Source: Lama guanicoe
Lineage: Eukaryota
Length of the DNA: 64,000 nucleotides
Direction: 5' to 3'
Assembly (NCBI GenBank): GCA_013239625.1
Contig: MU057354.1
Location: forward strand, 17,973,145-18,037,144
Shown: piece after piece, positions 36,497 to 50,469 of the stretch
How positions within the stretch are numbered: position 1 is the first letter of the stretch
How the letters are laid out: each line of letters starts with the position of its first letter
Notes under the pieces: model-generated
Databases searched by the model: none
What the model was told of the DNA's origin: nothing
Seen by the model: the letters and a program-made list of their open reading frames with translations, nothing else
Made by a program: the position numbers and the translations under genes

Positions 36497-36794
36497 CTAA
36501 CCACACAATTGCTAAATTAGTTTAAGCTGATTCTGGAATCAGTTCACATATTTAAGTATAGGTGGCAAGAAAAGGTATCCCCAATGGCAGAAGGAAACCA
36601 GACTAAGATTAACACGGAAAGCTGGCTCACCTTGGTTATCTTCCTCTACTGAAAAATAAAAAAGTTTTTAAAAAAAATAATCTTCAAATATAATGAACAT
36701 AAGAATTACCTAGGCAGTTTTCAAATGCAAATATCCAAGCCCCAACCCCCATGATTCTGATTCCATCAGCCTGACAACTTCCCCCAAGGTATCT

Positions 36795-37080
36795 TTTTTT
36801 TCCAGCTTTAGTAAGACATATCTGATATATAACACTACCCAAGTTTCAGTTACACAATGTGATGATTTGATACACATATATATTGCAAACTGGTAACCAC
36901 AAGAAAAAATTTAAAAATTCATTACCTCACACTGTGTGTGTGTGTGTGTGTGTGTTGAGAAGGTTCAAGACTTCTTAACAACTTCCAAGGTACAGTACAG
37001 TACTGTTAACTTACAGTCACCATGCTGGACATGACATCCCTGGGACATATTCATCTGTAACTGGAAGTGTGCACCCTTCT
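36795..37080 (-). mobile_element. L1 (L1MA-like) 3' end containing a (TG)n microsatellite
   Basis: T-run followed by TACACAATGTGATGATTTGATAC...ACAGTCACCATGCTG. (TG)n at about 36933-36955. Confidence 0.8.
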
Positions 37081-38017
37081 GATGAAGTTCATTTGAGGAC
37101 CAGTGCTGAGGTGCACAATTAAGTGCTTCTTGAGCGCTGGTTAGAAAAACTGTGTGTGAGTCAACAGAACTGGCTGAGGAGAAAGCTTGAATCACGTACC
37201 TCCCTGGGCCTTTGTACCTGGGATTTATCCTGAAGGCAAGAGGGGAGGCCACCAAAGCCCTCTCCAGGAACTCACCTCTTCCATTCTGCTTTCTGATCTT
37301 ACCTTCAAAACTCTTTCCGATTTTAATACGTCATCTAGCATTATTCACACCCAGAAAATGAGAAGACAGACTCAGAGAGGGATTATAGAATTTTCTTAAG
37401 TTTACATAAAAGTGATATAATACTGCATTTAAGGTCACCGTATTCCTCCCCATCTTCCCTCCACCTCCACCTTCCCCATTATGTGGCCTACAATACCTAA
37501 TAACACCTAGCACTGACTCCCTTCCATGCGCTCTGTGCTCACTATATTATATAAATTATATTTAAATCTCATTAAATGTTGATGACAAATGGAAGCCGAA
37601 AGCTTATTGGAAAGACTTGAATTTTTTTAATTAATTATTTGAATGTGGCAAAGAAAAAAAATTAAATAAAAAGAGGTATGCTTATTCTGGCCAAATGTTG
37701 ATGGAAAGAGATCAAAAAGAATTTGTCTTAACAGTCTTTAGCCTTGCTCTGGTTTAATGACTTGGCATACTGAGTGGCCACCAAGCAACAGTAGAGCCTA
37801 CAGGCACACAGCATCTTCCCTAGCTCCACCCTTCCCATCTAGGCAGACTTCCCCCAACATCGGTGAAGAAGGGAAAAAGAAAAGGATTCCAAGCAGGTGC
37901 GAAGGTTTAGAGGCAGATGGCAGGAGGAGTCAAAGGCTCAATCTCAGAAGTGAAATTTAGGGAATTTTAACACCAGCCCTCCATGGTATTTTATAAAATA
38001 TATAAAATGTATATAAT

Positions 38018-38559
38018 TGATAGGTAATTAGGTAAGTGGGGGCACCAGACAGATCTGGTGGAGGAGAAAGAGGATGGTCCAGAAGATGGTGGTATGCCTG
38101 CCTTCACATAAAGGGGCTTTACTTCCTCTAAAGAGTGCCAGCAACAAAACCGGTTAGAACCCAACAGCCGCAACTGCGTGGTAGCAAGGACCTAACTGTA
38201 CATGACCTGATGCTCATTGTAATAAAATAGACACTGCAGTTTAGGTCTCCCCTATGGGCCTTTCTGTGTACATCATGGGTAAAGACATGCACAAAAGGGG
38301 ATGAGCATGACCAAGCACTCCAGGGGCAAGAGCCGGCAATCAAGAGACCGCCTCTAAGCGAGAGTGTAAGAGAAGGGGACAAAGACCACTGCCGTCCTCC
38401 CTTGGATCAGCCCGCCTCCTGTTCCTGGAGGTGTACTTTTGCTCTACTTATTAAATCTTTAAAATCTTTCACTACACAATGCTTACATCTCCCATCTGAA
38501 TTCTTCTCTTTCAGGCAAGACAAGAACCAAGGTTTTTCCCTTCCTCTTTTTGGGTAACA
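38018..38559 (+). mobile_element. ERV1-type solo LTR
   Basis: TGATAGG...GGGTAACA termini. Perfect TSD TAAT (38014-38017, 38560-38563). ATTAAA polyA variant and U5-like GAATTCTT...AAGACAAGAACC. Confidence 0.87.
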
Positions 38560-38804
38560 TAATGATAACTAATGTATTATTGTTTGAATAGTTATCTTTT
38601 TATCTTTTAAAACGTACAAGAAAATGAAACTGACATCTCTCAGGTTTTCGAATCAGAAGAAAAATATATTAAAGCACATGGAACAATCCTCAGCGCAGTT
38701 CGGCTGCACTAATTTTTTCATGACACAAGAAATTCTAACAGCTGTGCCTAGGCTATTTTAATAAACCTTTACTAATCACCCAATGGCACTTCCACAAAGG
38801 AAGC

Positions 38805-39521
38805 TGTTGGGGAAATACAATTAAAAACAAAATCCCCTGCCAATCTAGAAAAGCTCTCAGCAAAAGTGATAAAGAAAACAGTTTTATTGCTAAATAAGCA
38901 TTAAACCAGAATGTGAAGCACATCACAGACAATCCACTAAGAGACTGCAAAGACAGAAAGAAATCTCACTGTTTACTCCCAAGCAGATACAACCCACGAC
39001 ACACACACACACACACACGTAGATATATAAAAATAACTAGTCCTCAGGTAAAAAAATAACTAGTGCCTCAGGACTTGGCAGCACCATTTGTCACACATGG
39101 TTCATCTGATACCCACTTGGTAATTAAAGTGACCATCGGTGCTAGCTAGATGGTTTTATCTTTAAAAAAAAAATAATAATTCTCCCATATCTTTATGATA
39201 TGAGGTGGTTTTGGAGGCCGGCACCCTGTGAAGTGAGCCTCTACTCTCTTATAGAAACTGGGAAACTAGAGGCACTGTCTTCCTTGATGATTATATTTCC
39301 AAGAATTGCTTCCAGGTCCTTGAGAAAGACATTCTTGGGTCAAAAAAAGAAACTGATAAGAGACTTATTTAGCTTTAAAAGGTGTTTACATGCATTTCAA
39401 AGAGACAGAGGAAACTGAAATTACAAATTTTCTAAAATAAATCTTCTAAGAAAAGGGAAGAGTCTCTATTTTCAACAGGTAGAATTAAGCCTCTTATTTT
39501 TCATTTGTATTTGCCTTTATG
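38805..39521 (-). mobile_element. ERV1 LTR (MER39/MER34-like) with an internal (AC)n
   Basis: The minus strand starts ..TAAAGGCAAATACAAATGAAAAATAAGAGGCTTAATTCT and ends TTTCCCCAACA. AATAAA present. Near-TSD AAGC/AAGG. Confidence 0.82.
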
Positions 39522-41372
39522 AAGGCAGATATCTGGAAGGAATTTAAAAGGCTCTCTGGTATCCTTCCAGGACATGGTAATTAGTTCCTAATGAGGAAAC
39601 CCGCACAAACATAAACAAAGGCAATACAAAAATTAGAAATTTCCAAAGAACATATGGGTAGTAGAGGGAACATACAACATCTATTTTTCACTAAGTCAGA
39701 AGAGAGAACTATTACCACTGAAAATAAAAATACTAAGTTGGCAAGACATTAAGAGACAGTGTTCTATCAAGGGTCACATAAAATTCAAGCATAACTTCAT
39801 AATCATCACAGGCTCTCTAAAAACCTTTTGAAGGATGTTAATATCCGTGTGCCTGTCGAATTGGGTGAGTAGATTATGTTGCTTTAAAATTAAGTCTTGA
39901 GTGACTGTTATTATCACCTGTGTTCTTGGTGGGCACCACACGGCTGTGGCCTTATGCGTGTTGTCGCACTCCTAAGAAATGGCTGCATCACAGAGAATAG
40001 TTGTCCCTGTAAACATACGCTCAGAGGGCACTCTGGAACTCTGCATGATGAAAGTGCCTTGTAAATGTGAGATATTGCCACCATTAGGAGTAAGTTCTAA
40101 CCGTGGACGACATCATAAACTTAATAGGGGGAGTTAAACCACCATCATTCCCAAGTATTCCAGCCAACGTGTATCTCATCATAGCTCAGAAAGCATGGGC
40201 TGTCATCACCAGCATATCTGCCCACAGACCCCAAACCGTGTGTTTCAGATCATAAAGACAGAGGACACTATCAGCTTAGCTTATCCCCATCAAGTAGTAG
40301 ATTTAAAGTACTACCCTTTAGAAAAAATCATACATGATTTTACAACTCCACTTAAAATAGACAAATAAATAGTACTGACTTAGTAACCTTTTTTTTTTAA
40401 CACTTTACTTGGTTTTTATTAATGTCATGTATAATAAAGTAACATTCACTTTCCCTTAATAAATAACTAAATTTCATTTTGTTTCTTATTGTTTTGATTT
40501 CAAGAGACAAATATTTGAAACTTAGCCAAACGTCATGCCCAAAACAATACTGTGCCTAAAATAAGGAGGTGATATATTGGAAAATAGCCTTTCTTCATTT
40601 TTAGGGCTCATCCTGATAAAGAGATAAACAGGCTTCCAGTTAAGAAAAGGAAAAAACTACAACAAACAGGTAACCTAATAAAAATATGAACTGGGCAGAA
40701 TTACCAAGCTGCTCAGGGATCTACAAAGTCACAGTTCTGTACCAAGTCTATTTCTTCCTGCCTCAGCTTCCAAGTTCAACTCCCACCCAAGGTTACAGCG
40801 TTTAGCACTATGTTCATAGGTTCTTGGCACTTCAGATACCACTGAGGTTTTATTGAACAAGTGCATTCTTTGGTTCCTTCCACCTGATCAGAATGGCAAG
40901 ATTCAAGCAGGGCTAGATGGACATGGATTTCATAGGGAGAAAATGTCTGCTCATTGGAACACACATTCATGCTCCTGTGACAAACTGTGAGCTCTCCCAT
41001 GAGCTCCTCTTTCTGACCCTTGTCAGCTGCACCCAGTCTACATCTCAGATGCTGCTCTACCCATCTGTACTCACTGCTTATCTTCATCTGTACCTCCCAC
41101 TCCACATTTCTATTCCAGACCAGTTGACGTAAGCCATTTAGAAAGGAGACTAATGTATCCAAAATGATCATCAGCTCCATCTTATCCCAAGACCTCTCTG
41201 TGCATGTTTTTTATTAAAAAGTGGGCAATAACAAGATTTCTAGGGTAGAGAAAAACTTTAGAGTCAACAAAGTTGCATTCAAGTTGCATACTGGTGTCTG
41301 TAGCATAGAAAATGACAGCCTGACCAACCACTCCAGATCTGAGTTCCACTTCTCAAAATCCCAAACCCCCAA

Positions 41373-41625
41373 GGCAGTGTGGCATTCTAATTAAGAGGAT
41401 GCACTTGGGAATCTGACAGGTGTAGGTCTGAAACCCACTCCCACAAAGCATTATCTATATGACCATGAGCAAGATGCCATCTCCCCAGCCTCAATCCACT
41501 CACTTAGTAGAATGGGAATGATGATTCATATCTACCTCATAAGGGTGTGAAGATTCAAGGAAAGCATTTAGCATGGAGCCTTGAATAATATTAAGTTCTC
41601 TATCAATGTTAACTGCTATTATTAA
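41373..41625 (+). mobile_element. MIR
   Basis: GGCAGTGTGGCAT...TGACCATGAGCAAG...AGCCTCAAT...GAATGGGAATGATG...TACCTCATAAGG. Confidence 0.7.
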
Positions 41626-42509
41626 TATTACCATCAAGTGGCTCAGTCACTGCCAAGTAAGATGGATGAGCTCTCTTGAGAAATTAACTGATAAATCTTA
41701 AAAGCCAGAAGGCCAATGGCATGTCTGACCACCACAGCCTCATGCACATCAGCCCATGATCTTCCTGCCCAGCGAGAATCTCATTACCTTCAACTGGCAG
41801 AAGCGACGAACTGCCCCAGTTTCTAAACAGAACTTCACTATTCTTTGTGAAAACCCAGTGTCAGACCTGAAAGGCACTTCCCTAAGCAAAAGACCTTTCA
41901 GACATGAATTTCTCCAGAGTGTAGCCACCAGGCAGACTCAGATGCTCACAGTCCCATGATGCCATGGTCTGCTAACCCCAGTGGGATCACACAGTCTGTA
42001 TAATGTCCCCATCTGGGTTTTTCGTGGGCTCAGGTGACCTCAAGTGCACCATAATGGGTTATCTCTTTGACTATTAAGACCATTTTAAAACCTTGCTTCA
42101 GGGCCCAAGGCTCATTGCCAGGCTCTTACCAACAGATACCGAATCCCTGGGAAGGAGTCTGTGCAGGGGCAACACCCTGCTCAGCACATCTGTCAGTCAG
42201 AAAGGAATTCAAATACATTACCCTGGTAACAAAGGCAGAATCTAGGAGCAGGGAGAACTCCACATCAAATATCTTCAGGACAGAATGACAGAAACTGAAG
42301 CAATATCAGCTGAGCGACTGCCACCCTCAAAATGCTGCAGGAGAGAGGAGACAGCAACGTTCACAGACGGAATTCCCTACAGCCCTCAACACAGCCCAGA
42401 AGCCTTAGTGAACTGACCACACGTTTTCTCGGCAGCTTCAGCACTCTTAGTCCTTCCTTGCAGCCGATGGTCCAGCCTTACTGAATCAGTGAGATCCCCC
42501 TCAAAAGAG

Positions 42510-42740
42510 ACACTGTCACTCCCTATACCTGAATAACATTTTCCTATTAAAATTCACCCAACTTTTCCTTCAGAACTCAGCTGGAGCATCCTCATCCTGC
42601 GTGTTACCTGGATCATAGCACCCAAACATACTGTGATTGCAGGTCTGCATGTTAGTCTCACCCACCACAATTTAAGCCCTCAAGGGCAGGGACATTATAG
42701 CTCAATGCAGGTACACAATAGGCTCTCAAAATGTTTTGCT
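42510..42740 (+). mobile_element. L2 3' fragment
   Basis: TAAGCCCTCAAGGGCAGGGAC...ACACAATAGGCTCTCAAAATG. Confidence 0.55.
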
Positions 42741-42759
42741 GGTATAATGGATATTGCTA

Positions 42760-43340
42760 TTCTTAATGGGAACTTGATTGTACTTTTATCTATTATATTT
42801 TAATTAGTTACTACTGGTTTATTAAAAAACTATTAGCATTATATTATTTCCCTATTTTGTTTCTAGCTAGTTTACTGAAATTACTGAAAAATCATAATAG
42901 TTTCAAATGGTTCTCCTAGGTTTTTTTAAGCCAAAAATTCATATCATCTGGATATTATGATTTTTTAATCTTTTCAAATATTGGTATCTCCTCCTTCTAT
43001 TTCATAACTCATTGCACTGTCCATAGATTCAAGAATATAGTTGGATAATAATGGTAATCTCAGGTCCTACTTTAATTGAAGTACAGTCAGTTACAATGTA
43101 TCAATTTCTGGTACTGCATGATGTTTCAGTCAAATCATACATACACATATATATTCATTTTCACATTCATTTTCATTGTAGGTTACTAAAAGATATTGAA
43201 TATAGTTCCCTGTGCCATACAGAAGAAATATGTTTTTTAATCTATTTTATATATATCAGCTTTAGTTCTGATTTTAGGACAGCCACTCATACTTTCCCAT
43301 TAAATATGATGTTGGCTGTTACTCTTCAATAGTTAATTCA
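42760..43340 (-). mobile_element. Ancient L1 ORF2 fragment hosting a younger L1 insert
   Basis: TCATATCATCTG...CTCATTGCACTG and TTTCCCATTAAATATGATGTTGGCTGT are antisense L1 ORF2-like motifs. Confidence 0.65.
43071..43257 (-). mobile_element. Young L1 3' end
   Basis: TTTAATTGAAGTACAGTCAGTTACAATG...GAATATAGTTCCCTGTGCCATACAG is the reverse complement of the L1 tail seen at 18900-19100. Confidence 0.88.
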
Positions 43341-44424
43341 GTTAAGAGACAAACACTGTCAGAATGAAAAAGCCAAAACCAATCTCCTTAGAACAAAGCT
43401 AAAACAAATAGATAGGCTAGGTAAACCAAGCAAAGGGGACCAAAGAATGTAAAAGATAATATTACTATCAAAGTAGACACTGAACCAGTTCATTTGCACA
43501 TCTTTCTTGGGTATGAGATATAGAGTTCAGGTTTTTTAGCAGCAACTACTGTGAAAGGATCTGGGGACTTGGGACCAATTGCTTCTAAGAAAAATTCCAT
43601 AGTGGACTGCTTAGACAAAAAAAAAGGAGAGATTCAGTTTGGGATTATGAAATAAGCCACAAATTTAAATTTTTGTTTACACTGTCCAGGATCTTATTTT
43701 TAAATCTGGTCTTTGTTTTATATGACTAAACAGTTTGTTTTTATAGAGGGTTTGTTACCCTCCCCACCAAGAGCCAAAAATTCTTCGCTGGTTTATGTAT
43801 TTATCTAGGAATTAAAGACGATGAGCTCCAAGCTGGCCTTCAAGGTCATGAGTTTCTTTAAGTGAAGGATTTTTATTGGAAGCATTTTTCTGTTCCCTAC
43901 AGGTAGATATTTGAAAGTCAAGCCTGTGTTTTATTCTTTTCATGACAAGTCTGGGCACAGAGGGAGTCTTGAGCTGTATTACCAAACTCCCTTCTCTCTT
44001 GCACCCTCATACACCTCAGGCCCAAGAAAGGGTGGGAGGTGGAAGAAAAAGATAATCTGGCTATATTTACAACTGTCATTTATTTTATTTCAGTGTTCAA
44101 CATCGATCCTATTGACTGTTAATTCCTCACTTCTGAGTCTAGATTTTTACTCACTTCTTGGTTATTTACATTATGTCTTCAAGTAACTTTATTAGGAAGG
44201 TGAGTGTATCTATATATACTTAGAATAGTTAAGCAAGTATCCAAAGACACATAAAATAAGATGAAATATTAAAAATAGTCAAAGAGGGAAAAATAATAAT
44301 AAAGATAAAACTGGAGCTAGGACTGAGACTTCTAAACGCACTGTACCTAGACTTTTTGTGTGTACTGATTAAAATTCCACTGGTGGGCCAGAGATAAAAA
44401 AAAAACAATGAATTTAAAATTCAT

Positions 44425-44745
44425 TGCAGGTAAGGTAATTTCAAGCAGGTAAGGTGGGTCTGCTCTACACAGTCTTCAGAGACCCACGCTACTTTTTCTA
44501 TCTTGTGATCAGTCATCTCTAAGGTTTGGTCACATTCACATGGTTCAAGATGGCACCTCATTACACCTGCATTCCAACTGCTTACACCAATTCCACTCTA
44601 TCTCACTGGGTAGGATATATTCCCACAGCCACACCTAGTTGTTAGGAAAATTGGGAAATATAATCTTTACTTGGGCAGTCATGTAATCGGCTAAAAGTTC
44701 TATCATATAAAGAAGGAAAAGAAGAACAGATATAGTGGAGATTAG
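44425..44745 (-). mobile_element. Old MaLR LTR fragment (MLT1-like)
   Basis: CATGGTTCAAGATGGC...GCCACACCTAGTTGTTAGGAAAATTGGGAAATATAATCTTT. Confidence 0.6.
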
Positions 44746-45804
44746 CAGTTTTTACCTCAACACGGTGGCCCTCAAATATATTTAACTCATCATTCTTACA
44801 ATCAAAATAAAAAGAAAAAACACTGTAGTTGCATAATTCATGGTGAATATACAAATAGAAAATGGATAATTTTCTTAGGAGAATTACAATTTTTCCCCAG
44901 GAAGACCAAACTAGAATTTCTCCTAAGTACTACATATATATTCTGCAACTCTGCATATTAAAGTCTCTGCTTCCATTACACATGAACTCCAACTTGGAAA
45001 AAACATGTCATTCAAAAAACCCATTTTTTCCCAAAATACCCTTTAAATATCATCACACACTATTTCATGGTCTGAAAAAGAAATGTGATGTCAAATTCAT
45101 TTTTACTTGTTTGGGTTATGTGCTTAGGTATGTAAAGAAATTTTATTATTCTTTACTAGAATAAATCTAAACCTAGTTTCTTTCTCTTTTATTACACATA
45201 GATTATGGTGAAACTTCATTCCCAAATTCAGATCCTCCAATTCACAAAAATTTCTTATATCATTTCCTTGATTTTTATTCCGCATTAATTTTTATGTCTT
45301 ATTCTTCAAGAATACTTATGTATCCATGATACATAAGGAAAATAACTTGAATTTCCATACCTATTCTCTTATTTTTATCATGTTTATCTCTTTAATGTTT
45401 TCCTTTGCATTATGACGGTATTTCTCTAGTTTGTGTCCCATACCATGGTCTCAGTTTTTCACCACATGGAAAGATTTCTTTATAATTTATAATTACATAG
45501 GTAAGGTGATTAATATATAAATAAACAGGCAAGTTAATTTATAATTATGTCCCTTGTGAATTTCAACTTTTAGCATTAAAAAGAATTAGCTTTATGTCAG
45601 GGAATATTATTTGGCCCAAATTCCACTTTGTTATTAAAGTTATAATCTCTGCTTTTGTCTTTATTTCTGTAATAGTCTTGTTTTTTCTCTTCAATCTCTT
45701 TCCTAGGATGAGGGAGAAGTTCTTGTTCCTTTTATACATTGAAAGTACTACCAAAGGTGTATATTAATTGCTAATTTTTCACTCTTATGTGCATAGAGAC
45801 AGTC

Positions 45805-46130
45805 AACCAACCCACCAACCAAATAGTACATATTGAGCATCCACTTTGTCTCTAGGACTCTACTAAGCATTTGTAACTTAGTTGGAGACGAGAGACGTGG
45901 TCCAGGGTTTTACGGAGTTTATAATCTAGCAGCAAGCAAAGTGAAGCAGAGTGAATTTCACCAAAGAGAAAGTATAGGCTGTTTGCTATCGGAGCTCATA
46001 CAGCAAGGGACTTGATCTAGGCTAGATGTTGGGGAAATACTCCCTTCAGAGGTGGCACTTAAGCTGAGACTTAAAAACTGAGTAGGAGTTAAGAGTTAGG
46101 GAGTCACTGGGACATGGTACAGAGGATGAG
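45805..46130 (-). mobile_element. L2 3' end
   Basis: ACATATTGAGCATCCACTTTGT...GGAGTTTATAATCTAG...GAGGTGGCACTTAAGCTGAGACTTAA. Confidence 0.65.
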
Positions 46131-49100
46131 GCAGGAGGGGAGGAAGGGGGTGACCTGATTAAGGAGACTCAAGTACAGAAGCTGGTCATGAGGGGAGAGA
46201 GCAGAACATCCTCAAGGCACTTATCCCAGGCGGCTGGAGCCTGGAGTGTGAAGGGTCAAACAGAACAAATTGTATATGAAATGTGAGCCGTGCCTTCAGG
46301 AGTGTGGTGGGGGAAGAGAGCAGCAATATTTGATGTGAGAATGGAACAATGACTCTTAAGCTCTCCAGCTCTGAAATTTTATAACATGATCTTATCTGAG
46401 TTAAGTCCTCCAGTACCAACCAAGGAAGGCTGAGTAATGACCTAAAATTTACCACAGGTGTAGTCAGTATCTTGCCTGAGAGAAAGATATCACAACAGCT
46501 GCCTAGGAAAGTCTGTGGCCAAAGTCTGTTGATGCTCAATAAATACTCTTTGGTTGATTGTCTCCACTTAAAATTGAAAAGACTAGCAATTAAATATACC
46601 TATAGGTTAAATTTTAATTTGATTTCCAGACTTGTCTAAGATCTTTAATATTAACATGAAAGTTGGTTACAACCATAATACATGCACATCTCACAAAGGA
46701 TTAAGAGACATTATAGTCTTTCAACAACCACAGTAGTTTATCTTTAACGGCTCACAAGGATTATGGAAAGGGGAAAAGAAAGATGGTCAGATGTCAGTGC
46801 TTCCTTTCCAAATATGAACAGAGGTACAATAGTGTGATTCATTACAAGTAAAATCAAAGACATTGTGGCTTGAACACAACACAGGAATATCAGACAAACC
46901 CTCCCTGTATCAGTGACTCACTGTGGGATGCTTGTGGCCCCACTTAACATGAACGTGTCCCCATTCCCCAATCCGTAACATAGGGTTAATAATTTTAACC
47001 TTCTTCTCAGAGATAGTAGGCGGATTAACTATAACAACAACAAACTGATTAAAAACACAAATCATGGGAATGTTTTGGCATGAACTACAATTGCTCATGG
47101 TAGGAAATGTGAATTTCTTCTTCTCTAGAATTGTTTCAAATGCTTCAGCTAATAATTTATAAGGATGAAAAATACACAGTGACCTTCCTTTTCAATGACT
47201 GAAGATACTCTCTACACTAAGTCTTTTTTTAAATAAAAACTTAACTTTTTTAGATATAAAAAATGACTTTGATCCTATCTCAGCCCAGTAATTCAGTGGA
47301 TGGCAACTCAGCCAAGAAGATTTAAGAGCACTGTCCCCAACTTACAAGACTCCACTGAAAAATACTCATTTAGCAGTTTGAGAGTTACCTTGACCTAGAA
47401 TTTATGCCAGAAACAACAAGGGCGTAAAGATAAAACAGCTTTAGCCCACTAATCAAAATAAACTTATCCTAGACAAATTTCCTGAATAAATGTGGGGCTA
47501 GCCAACTCAATTGTCTACCCAAACTTCACAGTTACTAGAGTGTAAATACCATGTATCTAAACAGCTTCCTGAAACAATTAAGTTTACTGTCTCTCCAGAA
47601 ACTGGAATTACAGGAAAACACTGAAGTTCATTGTCAAGCACTCATCATAACAGTTACTAAACAGTCACTTGCATTTAAGCTTTATGGAAATTTTCACATT
47701 TCTATCACATTCAGAATGTGGAAGTTCTGGCACGGAGAGCAAGTTAAGCAAACATTAAGGGAGTCTAATTCTGCACAATACAGATCAGACTGTTAATTTA
47801 TTAACTACAGGTCAGACTACAATTTATTAACACCCACAGACATATTACTTCTGTTGAAGTCAAATAGCCTGAAAAAAAAATGGATTTTCTATAACCGGGC
47901 TATCTGGTTTTCCTTCAATGTTCAAAAGATCACAATTTTCATTTTATGACAGGACAACGTATTTTTCCACCAGAGGACTACAGATAAATCACACTGTATA
48001 CAACGAAGGTGGGATCCCAGGACAGGAGGATCATAAATCCTGCCTCCAGAAGGGTCGTGAGCCCTCCCAATCCAGGACAGAAGTGGTGTGCAGAACAAGG
48101 CTTCCACCAGCCATGTGACCAAGGGACTGCACAAAGTAGGTCAGAAAGTTCCTCCCGAAAGAGCAGCTTTTTGAATAGTGTTTCCAAGGACACAAAATAA
48201 TGCTGCTTCCCAGCGGTTTCCTTCCAATTCACAAAGAGAGAGAACTAACCAATTACACTAATGGAGTACTTCCTTCTGGAGTTATTCCAACCTATTTTGG
48301 TGAATGTTTTTCCAGGGAGAACTTGAACTCTGTAGAAGGAAACAGAAAACACTCCAAAAAGTGCAAAGAGCAAAAGTACTGGACGGTTTTCAAGTTGTTC
48401 ACAAAGGTGTAACACTGATTATCTTCCAAGCTTTCATTCTTAAATATTTAGGAAACTATAGCCTTTAAATGATAAAGTGGTAGGTTATACTACCATAAAA
48501 TGTGGGGGCTACTGTAACTACCTAGAGATGATCATTGTTTCTAGAATAACTAGAGTTAAACTGGAAAATTACAAATAGAGTAGCAGTAATCATGAAATAA
48601 AATTATATTATTGTTACCCAGGCTAGATATCTGAGAATAATGAAAATTTGAAGAGAAAAGAAAAGGCTTAGATTGGTTTGAACAACTCATAAAATTTAAG
48701 GAAGTAAAATAAGTCTTTTTAATAAAAATGGAAATTTTCCACTGGTACTCAAACAATACCAGATGGTCTACATTGGTACAATCCTACCTTCCATGTACAT
48801 TTCAGAGAGGTATTTTTACATTTACTGGGCCAATTTAAATAATATAAGTGGATATAGATAGTCAAAGCAGAAGGTAGATCAGAAAAGTTTCTAGGTCTAA
48901 TATTAAAAATGAAATTAGCATAATATTAGACCGTCTCCATGCCTCAGACTTTCTGTTCTGTCCTCAGAATATCTAACCAGTGTTCCTTCTGAGGTCCCTG
49001 ATGTGATATTTATCAGAAAAAAAAATGTATCCAGATGAATAACCTTTTAATTTTCCTAGGGAAATATTTGACTATAGTTTTTCACTGCATAAGATAAATG

Positions 49101-50360
49101 TGAAAGTGTGTTAGCAAATATGATGGAAATGCTAATTAGAACATTAAGGCAATTTTTTCAATGCAAAAAATAAAAATAAGCATTATGGGCAGTGGAACAT
49201 TGAAAAGTTCTTAAATCAGACTTTGCACATTTGGAGAGAAATGTGAAATATGTGTTATTTTCTTTATTTGTAACTAAACATTATTAATTTGACTAGAAAT
49301 CTAAATTCATTAATCACCAATGAATAATCAAACATCATTGGCAAGTAAGAAGAAATCCCACAGTAAAACGGTTTCTAATTTCTATTTTTCATTTCTGATA
49401 TGTAATAGAAAGAGATGCTACCCCTGATAATCAGAATCTGGGTCTCCCTCTGTCCTGTCCAATGTGAATGATTAAATTTCTAAGTTCAGTTGTCACTGTG
49501 ATGGAAACTGACAAGCCATACCCCTCCTGCTCTGTCCCTACAGACTCACTGGAGTTTAAAAATTACAGTTTCAAAAGAAGACATAAATGCTTTGTTTCTT
49601 ACACACTAACATGAAAAATAAATTCTTCCAGAGGAAGGATTACTATTAATTTTAAAATTCTGGTGCCAAAAAGTTTACAGTAGATGCTACTTCTTTCATT
49701 ATTGCCACTGAAGGAATTCATAAAAGAGACTTTAATCTTAACTTTGAGGGTTCTCCTTGGATAGCTGTGGCTTCCATGTGATTGTTGTAGGAGTTATAAT
49801 TTTGATTCTGAAATTTACTCAAAAGTTTCCATAAGCCATTGTTCATGGATACAGTAAATATAATCATACATTTCAGTCAATGGAGCCTAAAAGGGAAATG
49901 CACTCTCTTGCCTCCCTCCTTTGAACAAGTTCACACACTCCTGTAGCACAAGAATTTTCAATGGAACCCACTGAATTTTTTTCTTAAAGTACTAATGTAA
50001 TTTATTATTCTGTTTTCTTCCTTGGGCATATACATGTGAAATAAGTTCCTGTTCATTAAGAACTGTTTGTAACTTCATCATTACATTGCCAGTTGCTACA
50101 AATGTATGTCAGTTATCTCCTCCATGCAAGGGGATGTGGTCAAGGTAGCTTGTTATTATGGTTCTACTCACAATAAATTGGCCCGTTCCTTTCTCCCATA
50201 TTTATGTCCTCACCCACCTACCAGAACCATTTAGAATGTTGATGGGGAAAGCCAGCCCTCCATACTTCTAAGACTTATAAATATGTTCTTATAACTATGT
50301 TTGTAAAAAAAAAAAAAAACTATGTTCATAAAAAAAACTATGTTCATAACAAAAAATTTC

Positions 50361-50442
50361 TTTTTTTTAAACTGAAGTATAGTTTGTTTACAATGTTGCA
50401 TCAATTTCTGGTGTACAGCACAATGTTTCAGTCATACATATT
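50361..50442 (-). mobile_element. Very short young L1 3' end
   Basis: TTTTTTTTAAACTGAAGTATAGTTTGTTTACAATGTTGCATCAATTTCTGGTGTACAGCA. Confidence 0.85.
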
Positions 50443-50469
50443 CATAACAACTACCATTTCTTGAACACT

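Noticed and set aside
40776-41180. 134-aa ATG-initiated minus-strand ORF
   Set aside because: No motif I recognise and no promoter or splice support. A tBLASTn search or PhyloCSF score would be needed to revive it.
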